From positions 1-39,127 of the IMG/VR virus record IMGVR_UViG_3300027323_000064: 39,127 nucleotides of DNA; one strand, given 5' to 3'. Under the pieces are notes generated by a model, which was not told where the DNA came from, ran no database searches, and worked only from the letters and a program-made list of their open reading frames with translations. The first letter of the stretch is position 1. Every line of letters begins with the position of its first letter. The DNA is from a virus. Lineage: Duplodnaviria; Caudoviricetes. The position numbers were made by a program, and so were the translations under genes. Positions 33,259 to 39,127 of this stretch are shown piece by piece.

Positions 33259-33812
33259 TCAGAACCTCCTACAAGCATCCTCATCGGCTTCAGATCCTTG
33301 ACAGGAATAGCATAAGCAGGACTCTTGATGTCAGTCCGGATTGGGTATTTCTTTATCTTAGTTGCTGGAAGCCATCCAATCAAAGCAAGCTGTGTCCCCT
33401 TCTTGTTGATGCCGGCGAAAACAACAATGTACTTGTGATTGTCTTTGTCTTCGTACTGCTGCTTGTTGTAGAACAGCTTAAATCCCTCATCTGGCTGTAA
33501 GGGATTGTTGATTCTTGCAGTCTTGACTTCAACAGTAACCCTCTTTCCCATGATTTCGATTATAAAGTCATCGTTGCCGTTCAGGGATGTGTAATTTCTT
33601 CTCAGAGGTGTATGTATTATCGGAATCATCGCATCCCTACAGAATATTTCGAAGGCTATCTCTCCAAACTTACCAGCCATGTGCTCGAACAGCCCACCAC
33701 CAAAACGGGGCCTGTAACCTTGTTTAAAACTGTCAGCAACAATATGCCAGGCATGCCATGCAGCATCCTGGGCAAACTTATCATCCATCGGGATAGAAAC
33801 GGGATCAGGCAT
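33255..33812 (-). CDS. PD-(D/E)XK-like nuclease
   Basis: G.FGE.AF, DF.I......VEVKT; GGAGGGTGA RBS before MPDPV. Confidence 0.65.
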   Translation of the reverse strand: MPDPVSIPMDDKFAQDAAWHAWHIVADSFKQGYRPRFGGGLFEHMAGKFGEIAFEIFCRDAMIPIIHTPLRRNYTSLNGNDDFIIEIMGKRVTVEVKTARINNPLQPDEGFKLFYNKQQYEDKDNHKYIVVFAGINKKGTQLALIGWLPATKIKKYPIRTDIKSPAYAIPVKDLKPMRMLVGGSE

Positions 33813-34092
33813 CTTCACCCTCCTTGAGCCTGTAAAAACCTCTACCACTGTTATTTCTATAAAAATCAAGCCAGTCACGCTGAGATTTTAAGTAACTGGA
33901 TAGCCTGCGTGGTGATACGTTATATTTCTTGAAGATTCCATCAAGTATTTTTGACAACTCTCTGCAGGTCAGTGGTTTATTGCCATTCTCTCTGAATATC
34001 TTCTTTATCGCTTTGTTAACGTCCTCTTTCTTCCCATTTGACCATGCTTTACTCATTTGCCAACCTCCCGGGAAGATACTATTTTCCAGCAC
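33805..34092 (-). CDS. Winged-helix DNA-binding protein
   Basis: PLT.RELS..L...VS.RRLS.YL...G.YRL pattern; probable start MSKAW. Confidence 0.65.
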   Translation of the reverse strand: MLENSIFPGGWQMSKAWSNGKKEDVNKAIKKIFRENGNKPLTCRELSKILDGIFKKYNVSPRRLSSYLKSQRDWLDFYRNNSGRGFYRLKEGEDA

Positions 34093-34277
34093 TGTTTTGC
34101 AATTTCAAGCAGAGTACCATCGTCCAGCCCGTATTCTTTCTTAATCCTGTCAAAGAATTGTTGTAGGGGTTTGATGACTTTACCATTTGAGTAAGAATTA
34201 TAGTAAACAGCGAGATGTTTCTTATGACTTAACAGCATCTCAGGAGCTATTTTATTCAATTCGTCTTCGTAGCTCAT
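34053..34277 (-). CDS. Hypothetical protein
   Basis: ATGA coupling at both ends. Confidence 0.6.
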   Translation of the reverse strand: MSYEDELNKIAPEMLLSHKKHLAVYYNSYSNGKVIKPLQQFFDRIKKEYGLDDGTLLEIAKQCWKIVSSREVGK

Positions 34278-34453
34278 TGTTTATCCGTCCTTAACTCCAA
34301 AACGCTTTTAGGTATCCAGAGTTCTCGTTTGTTGTGAGTATCCAGCATCTTGACTTTCATGGCTTTCTCAGTTTCAGCTATGACTTCTATGGGAAACCAC
34401 AGTCGAGGTAATCTATTCTTTGAAGCAAACCAACCTTCAACTTTGATCATCAT
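34274..34453 (-). CDS. 59-aa protein with ETEKA...WIPKS motif
   Basis: Hand-translated; below ORF cutoff; coupled to neighbours. Confidence 0.65.
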   Translation of the reverse strand: MMIKVEGWFASKNRLPRLWFPIEVIAETEKAMKVKMLDTHNKRELWIPKSVLELRTDKQ

Positions 34454-34805
34454 ACAATGTCACACCTCTTCTCCCTCTCTTGAGATTGAACCTCCCTGTA
34501 AACCTGATGAGGTCTTTGATTGCAAATTCTCTGTTTGCCTCTGCAAGTTTTCCACATTCGGCGACGTGACGAAGTGCATTTTCAGCTGCCTGTGGAGAAA
34601 AAAGCCCGAACATTGTTCCGGAGTAGAAAGCCCATGTATATACTGTAAAAATTAGTTCCTTACCAGAATATTTGTCTTCAAATATTTTTACAGCATCTTT
34701 ATACGAAACATTATCTCTGAAAATCTCTGAAACAGAAATCATACATTCTGCAGCGTCTTCATCTGACAGCCTTAACACCTTAAAGAACGGTTTCTGGTCA
34801 ATCAT
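34437..34805 (-). CDS. Hypothetical protein
   Basis: Start MIDQKP overlaps upstream stop (ATGA). Confidence 0.6.
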   Translation of the reverse strand: MIDQKPFFKVLRLSDEDAAECMISVSEIFRDNVSYKDAVKIFEDKYSGKELIFTVYTWAFYSGTMFGLFSPQAAENALRHVAECGKLAEANREFAIKDLIRFTGRFNLKRGRRGVTLYDDQS

Positions 34806-34975
34806 TGTTTCATCCTCTTCATCGCTTCCCATTCCTCATCAAGTCCCTGCGAGCAAAATAAAAGAAGATGAGGTTTCGTTGATATTTTACAAGCGTATTT
34901 ACACCTCTTGAAGTAATAAGGAGCGCAGAATATCAGCGGTAAGCCATGCTTCTTACAGATTTCATTCTGTATCAT
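34802..34975 (-). CDS. 57-aa Cys/His-rich microprotein (MIQNEICKKH...)
   Basis: Hand-translated; GGAGGT RBS. Confidence 0.5.
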   Translation of the reverse strand: MIQNEICKKHGLPLIFCAPYYFKRCKYACKISTKPHLLLFCSQGLDEEWEAMKRMKQ

Positions 34976-35087
34976 CAGGAACCTCCAGACCAGCTTCTTT
35001 CAGCTTTTCCTCTATCTTCTGTAGAACTTCTTCGTAATCCTGAGCGTCAGCCTCGTTAATTGCGTCAAAAATCTCAGCAAGCTTCAT
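34962..35087 (-). CDS. 41-aa acidic helical microprotein (MKLAEIFDAINE...)
   Basis: Hand-translated; GAGGTA RBS. Confidence 0.55.
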   Translation of the reverse strand: MKLAEIFDAINEADAQDYEEVLQKIEEKLKEAGLEVPDDTE

Positions 35088-35199
35088 GATTTACCTCTCT
35101 GATAACAGCTCCGCAGTAGTCGCAGATTGCTACACCCTGCACGTACTGAACAACACCTTCGTGACAGTAAGGACATGAAGAACCAGCACAGTTGCACAT
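35074..35199 (-). CDS. 41-aa zinc-ribbon microprotein (CPYC...CDYCG)
   Basis: Hand-translated; GGAGG RBS. Confidence 0.55.
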   Translation of the reverse strand: MCNCAGSSCPYCHEGVVQYVQGVAICDYCGAVIREVNHEAC

Positions 35200-35200
35200 T

Positions 35201-35386
35201 TCAGTCATCCTCCAGCTTAATCTCATATTTCTCGCAAAACTCCCTGAACTTCTTTATCCACCAATCATAGAGTATATCGAGAGAATTTGAAAGAGAATCC
35301 AAGTCATCATCTTCCTCGACTACAAGATAGCCAGCTTCTTGCAGCTCAATTGCCATTAAGCCAGTGTCTTCACACATAATCGTCAC
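35201..35386 (-). CDS. Acidic hypothetical protein
   Basis: ORF track; coupling. Confidence 0.55.
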   Translation of the reverse strand: MTIMCEDTGLMAIELQEAGYLVVEEDDDLDSLSNSLDILYDWWIKKFREFCEKYEIKLEDD

Positions 35387-36075
35387 CTTCTGATAAGAGT
35401 AAGCGGGTGTCCTTCTTTGAGCTCACAATCATCAAAGAGATCAGCAATTAGCCGCATAAGATATGTGATATGACAGTCGTTGACTTTCAGCCCAATGCTA
35501 TCACAGAAGAACTTCACATCTTTGCTGCTGTTTTTATCTTCAAGCAATCTGTGAATCTCGTTTAGCTTACTTACCGGCCTGCACGTGAGAATCGTGTACT
35601 TACCATTAGAGTTCTTATGCCCTAAAATGAATTCATCGTTAATTATACGATAAGACACCTTATCAGTCAGCTCTTTCCATTCTACATCATCATTTACAGC
35701 GATTTTACCGTATTCTATAGATACTTCTTTGTCTTGCTCAAATTCCCTCTGAACGCTCTCACTGTATGCATCTCCTGCATCACCGATTACTTGTTCATCA
35801 GCTTGTTCCGGCTCTGTTGGTTCTTCTTCTGTTTGCTGCTCCTCTGACTCCTCTTCAGAAATGACCTCTTTTTTAACTTGCTCAAATAATTCTATATCTG
35901 CTGGTTTATACTCAGTTTCCTCTACAAAAACAACATCGACTTCGACATAGGTCTCTTTATCTCGAATTCGAATCTCGTCTGCAATTTTTACGAGTAAATT
36001 AAGCTCTTCAAACTTGAGTTTAGGAAATTCTATTGTTTTCAATATCCCTACAGAATTGTCCATTTCAACTAACAT
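35383..36075 (-). CDS. Acidic hypothetical protein
   Basis: 230 aa; GGAGGG RBS. Confidence 0.7.
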   Translation of the reverse strand: MLVEMDNSVGILKTIEFPKLKFEELNLLVKIADEIRIRDKETYVEVDVVFVEETEYKPADIELFEQVKKEVISEEESEEQQTEEEPTEPEQADEQVIGDAGDAYSESVQREFEQDKEVSIEYGKIAVNDDVEWKELTDKVSYRIINDEFILGHKNSNGKYTILTCRPVSKLNEIHRLLEDKNSSKDVKFFCDSIGLKVNDCHITYLMRLIADLFDDCELKEGHPLTLIRR

Positions 36076-36077
36076 AG

Positions 36078-36539
36078 CTAACCCTCCTGCAGAGCCTCAC
36101 CGCTTTCGCCGGTTTTGGTAAATAGGAGGTGAGTCAGAAACACCGGTTGGAGAGTGATAGGATGACCGACCGAAGAACCGGCTGACGGCGGGAAGTTCAA
36201 AAACCTGTGGCGGCGGTGGGCTTCTGGTTGCTTGACCCAGACTTCAACATTAGAATTAAAGTCATCACACCATTCGAAAGTTTTAGTAAACCCCTTATTT
36301 CTGAGAATTACTTCCATTAAACCGAGTGGTGTCGGAACTTTGATGTTGTAGCCAGCATTGAGTATATTATCACACAGCTTTGACAGATTGCCCTTACCTG
36401 GTTGTTTGCTGACTATGAATGAAATGTAAATGCTGTCATCTTTCTTCCAGAGCCAGCCGTCAAACTTGTCGCTTGTGAATCCGATTGCCTTAGCAAAATC
36501 GCTGTCAAGTTGGATGATTCCGTCTTTCACAAAAATCAC
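36078..36539 (-). CDS. GNAT-like protein with non-protein-like C-terminal tail
   Basis: YIS.I.SKQPGKGNLS.L and L...GF resemble acetyl-CoA binding motifs. Confidence 0.45.
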   Translation of the reverse strand: MIFVKDGIIQLDSDFAKAIGFTSDKFDGWLWKKDDSIYISFIVSKQPGKGNLSKLCDNILNAGYNIKVPTPLGLMEVILRNKGFTKTFEWCDDFNSNVEVWVKQPEAHRRHRFLNFPPSAGSSVGHPITLQPVFLTHLLFTKTGESGEALQEG

Positions 36540-36736
36540 CCGATGATTATCTGTTCTTCTGGACGATAGGGTTGATAGTATCCCGACAGCCTGCCAATCT
36601 CTCTGGTAAGTGATTGCTTCACTGCCTCAATGATGTTAGATTCGTGACTCATTTCGAGAGCTGCGAGCTTTGTTCTTGCATCCTCGAGGAGTCTCAAGCA
36701 TTCAGCTGCGACAATTATTTTGCGTGAGTTTTGCAT
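36536..36736 (-). CDS. Hypothetical protein
   Basis: GGAGGT RBS; coupling. Confidence 0.6.
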   Translation of the reverse strand: MQNSRKIIVAAECLRLLEDARTKLAALEMSHESNIIEAVKQSLTREIGRLSGYYQPYRPEEQIIIG

Positions 36737-36739
36737 AAA

Positions 36740-37108
36740 TCAGACCTCCACAATAGATTTAATCCGTTTCTTGACTTCTTCGATTTCTTTCTGTCTTTCT
36801 TCTTCTGATTTGTATGGTTTTCTGCATTCCATTATCAATGCGTCAATTTTTCCTGCAATTGCTCCAAGCTGTCCTGCAATCTGGTTTTTTCTGCCAGTTA
36901 AGATGTTATTGTTGACTAAGACTCTCATGGCACCATTGATTGCAAGTTGTGCTTCTTTCAATTCAGCAAGAAAATCAATAAGCGGTGAACCCTCATACTT
37001 GCATTTATCGCAGAGTTTAACACCATCATAGCGAACAATCCAGCCGTCAGGATCTAAGACACCAGTAGTTTCTTCTGTCTTGCTGCATAGAAGGCATTCG
37101 TGCTTCAT
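36740..37108 (-). CDS. Zn-finger plus helical protein
   Basis: CxxC...PDGW...LCxxC; GAGGTG RBS before MKHEC. Confidence 0.65.
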   Translation of the reverse strand: MKHECLLCSKTEETTGVLDPDGWIVRYDGVKLCDKCKYEGSPLIDFLAELKEAQLAINGAMRVLVNNNILTGRKNQIAGQLGAIAGKIDALIMECRKPYKSEEERQKEIEEVKKRIKSIVEV

Positions 37109-37110
37109 GA

Positions 37111-37242
37111 TTAACACCTCACAGAATTCATCAATCGCTTCCAGCAATCAAGGCAGATGCAGAAATGCTCATCAGTTCCGAGTAGCTTTCGAACTTCGAG
37201 TTTAGGGCAAAGAACGCATTTGACGAGTCTAAGAACTGGCAT
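37111..37242 (-). CDS. 43-aa Zn-finger microprotein (CVLC...ICLDC)
   Basis: Hand-translated; AGGTGA RBS. Confidence 0.55.
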   Translation of the reverse strand: MPVLRLVKCVLCPKLEVRKLLGTDEHFCICLDCWKRLMNSVRC

Positions 37243-37364
37243 AGCTGCTCACCTACCTCTCGTAATCATCGCATATGTGGTGGGATAGCTGTGCTTTATG
37301 CAGAGAGAGCCTCTCAGGAAAGTGCAGGAAGCGCAGCACTTAGCTGGCTGGAAGTTTGGCGGTA

Positions 37365-37640
37365 TCATTTCGATTCCTCCTGCAAAAAAGCCTCTCTCAG
37401 CTTTGCATCGACTTCTCTGATTTTACTGATAATTTCATCGGCATCTTTGCCGTTATAAGAAATAGTCCATCCGTAGCTTCCCTTCTGCCCCCTCGCCAGC
37501 TCGACTTTTAACTCAGGGGGCTTTGGATGGGTGAAGTGGTCGTGTCTGATTGCTTCTTTGAAAGAATATGTCTTGTTCTTCATCTCCCCTCGACCCCCAG
37601 CTTGTCGATGAACTTTGAAAGAATATGTCTTGTTCTTCAT
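37365..37640 (-). CDS. Hypothetical protein with duplicated N-terminus
   Basis: MKNKTYSFK occurs twice; KVEL.RGQKG.YGW.I motif. Confidence 0.65.
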   Translation of the reverse strand: MKNKTYSFKVHRQAGGRGEMKNKTYSFKEAIRHDHFTHPKPPELKVELARGQKGSYGWTISYNGKDADEIISKIREVDAKLREAFLQEESK

Positions 37641-37669
37641 CTCCCCTCGACCCCCAGCTTGTCGATGAA
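37556..37669. repeat. Perfect 57-bp tandem duplication
   Basis: 37556-37612 identical to 37613-37669. Confidence 0.92.
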
Positions 37670-37810
37670 TTTCCTGACCTCTGGAATATGTTCAAAGACA
37701 GACAGCAGTTCTTTGATTTCTGTAAGGCACATCTTGATAGTTGGTAAATCGCTGGAATCAATCCTCAGTGATTCGTAATTGCCTAAGTTGATTGTAAAAC
37801 CGATTCTCAT
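37637..37810 (-). CDS. 57-aa protein (MRIGFTINLGNYESLRID...)
   Basis: Hand-translated; TAATG and ATGA coupling. Confidence 0.65.
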   Translation of the reverse strand: MRIGFTINLGNYESLRIDSSDLPTIKMCLTEIKELLSVFEHIPEVRKFIDKLGVEGR

Positions 37811-37908
37811 TATTCAACCTCTCCTGATTCATGATAAAACGCTCTCAGACAATCAGGGCACTCTGGAACATCGCTTTCAAACTCACAACCGCAATAAGGG
37901 CAAATCAT
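37810..37908 (-). CDS. 32-aa zinc-ribbon microprotein (MICPYCG...CPDC)
   Basis: Hand-translated; GGAGTGA RBS. Confidence 0.6.
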   Translation of the reverse strand: MICPYCGCEFESDVPECPDCLRAFYHESGEVE

Positions 37909-37914
37909 CGCTAT

Positions 37915-38028
37915 TCACTCCGAATCCCAGACCTCGCAATCTCCATCAGCATCAATGAATGATTTTGGCAAAATTACATGACCGTATGGCATGCGAAATC
38001 TGATGTCTGAAACCTGTTTATTTGGCAT
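37915..38028 (-). CDS. 37-aa microprotein (MPNKQVSDIRFRMPYG...)
   Basis: Hand-translated; TGATG coupling. Confidence 0.45.
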   Translation of the reverse strand: MPNKQVSDIRFRMPYGHVILPKSFIDADGDCEVWDSE

Positions 38029-38285
38029 CACTCCTCAGCCTCCTTACTGACTGCAAATTCCTGTAAGCTTGCATTGGCAGGAGAAACATTCAGATGAAAT
38101 TCTTGGTTCAAGTGGAAGTGCTCTGCAACTTCTTTCAGGTCTGTTTTTAGGATAAGTTTGCCTTCGAACTCCGGTTCAACGAACTTGAAAGTTATTTTGT
38201 AAATTTCTACTTCAAAATCGTCTTTATCGAGCTTCTGAGACTTGTCAATTGCTTTAACTCTCATAACAGCGTTTTTGATTAGCAT
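38028..38285 (-). CDS. Small beta-rich protein (OB-fold-like)
   Basis: ORF track; GGAGG RBS. Confidence 0.65.
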   Translation of the reverse strand: MLIKNAVMRVKAIDKSQKLDKDDFEVEIYKITFKFVEPEFEGKLILKTDLKEVAEHFHLNQEFHLNVSPANASLQEFAVSKEAEE

Positions 38286-38431
38286 TGCTCCCCAGCCTCC
38301 TCATGGAAAGTGAAAATAAAATCAGTAAGTTCGAAGCTGTGCTTGAGATTTAAGATCGCATCAATCAGATCGAGCAATTCAGAGTGTTTATCGAATTCGA
38401 AATCAAAATCGATCATAGCACCGACTTTCAT
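38279..38431 (-). CDS. 50-aa acidic protein (MKVGAMIDFDFEFD...)
   Basis: Hand-translated; GGAGG RBS. Confidence 0.5.
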   Translation of the reverse strand: MKVGAMIDFDFEFDKHSELLDLIDAILNLKHSFELTDFIFTFHEEAGEQC

Positions 38432-38506
38432 TCTTCAGCCTCCTGTCTCGGCTTCTTATTGCCAAACAGAGACTTGTAGAGGTCGATGTCATACAAATCA
38501 CGTGTC

Positions 38507-38737
38507 TCATTGTCGCACCTCAGAAACAGCTTCTTTTTTCCCCTCCCCGTGGGGGTTTTCGACAACTTGGTTGACCGAACGCTCTGGTTTTTGCAGGTAA
38601 ACTACTATTCTGTCGCCTTCGATGTCCCACCAGAGTTCGCTTCCAAATCGCAATCCAAAGTGCTCAACTATAAATTTAGGAATTGTCGAAAAATGTACTC
38701 CTGTGTCTGTTTTCTTCTGTAATTTTGTTTTTTGCAT
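38507..38737 (-). CDS. AbrB/MazE-like DNA-binding protein
   Basis: KLQK...F.TIPK.IVE.FGL..G.EL.W.I.G.RI pattern; GAGGTGA RBS. Confidence 0.78.
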   Translation of the reverse strand: MQKTKLQKKTDTGVHFSTIPKFIVEHFGLRFGSELWWDIEGDRIVVYLQKPERSVNQVVENPHGEGKKEAVSEVRQ

Positions 38738-38755
38738 CTATCTGGTCACCTCACA

Positions 38756-38825
38756 GGTTATACTCATGGTAACCTTGTAGGTAACCATAATATATAAGTA
38801 TTTTGGTTGGTTACTTCAAAGTAAC
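38756..38825. promoter_or_regulatory. Divergent promoter/operator region
   Basis: GGTAACC at 38768 and 38780, GTTAC-N6-GTAAC at 38810-25, TATATAA box between them. Confidence 0.65.
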
Positions 38826-38845
38826 ATTATTAGGTATATTGTAGG

Positions 38846-39127
38846 GTGAAGCATATGGCTGAGATAGAATTGCTGCAGAAAGATAAGCCGAAAATTTATG
38901 TCACTATGGATGGTTTTACTATAGATAAAATCAATGAGTTATTACTTACTAGAGACTTCAAGTCGGTTTCTGCACTTGTTAGAAAAGCTATAGTCAATCT
39001 CTATAAAGACTACGAAGTTCAGGGCAAACTCAAACCCACACCTGCAGAAGAAATAGCCAAAGAAATTGAGCAAAAGAAGCACAAGCCAATCAAGGAGACA
39101 GATGCGGGAGAGGAGGTGATCAGGTGA
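38846..39127 (+). CDS. Ribbon-helix-helix (CopG-like) regulator, candidate repressor
   Basis: KIYVTM......I..L.....FKSVSALVRKAI pattern; divergent from early operon. Confidence 0.75.
   Translation: MKHMAEIELLQKDKPKIYVTMDGFTIDKINELLLTRDFKSVSALVRKAIVNLYKDYEVQGKLKPTPAEEIAKEIEQKKHKPIKETDAGEEVIR

Noticed and set aside
36100-36200. Hammerhead ribozyme
   Set aside because: CTGA is not followed by NGA and the required stems could not be built
37556-37669. CRISPR array
   Set aside because: Two abutting identical units with no spacer; coding on the minus strand

Overview
Nearly complete genome (or provirus) of an archaeal head-tail virus with a contractile (myovirus-type) tail, almost entirely on the minus strand. 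From right to left: a divergent AbrB-like/RHH regulator pair (38.5-39.1 kb); an early region of small, often Cys-rich ORFs with a PD-(D/E)XK-like nuclease, PCNA, an ASCH protein, a GTTAAC-repeat origin candidate and a PAPS-reductase-family gene (29.9-38.5 kb); then terminase, portal, MuF/gp7, protease-scaffold, capsid, neck, an extra fibre module, a candidate lysis cassette, a tRNA-Thr(UGU), sheath, tube, frameshifting tail chaperone, tape measure, baseplate and tail-tip genes, interrupted by several accessory cassettes. The PCNA looks Archaeoglobales-like from recalled sequence and the ribosome-binding sites are GGAGGTGA-type. Main discoveries read from the DNA: (1) about 15 copies of a TGAC-N5-TATA element sitting 38-40 nt before morphogenesis start codons, a virus-specific leaderless late-promoter regulon that corrects start sites and exposes hidden genes, including a nested scaffold; (2) a MuF head protein with a C-terminal RNase-toxin-like extension coupled to an acidic candidate immunity gene; (3) a holin-like plus HEXXH metalloprotease unit as a candidate lysis module; (4) a tRNA embedded in the tail operon. 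No integrase, polymerase, helicase or primase was recognised in the window. All protein family calls come from motif recognition and gene order, not database searches.
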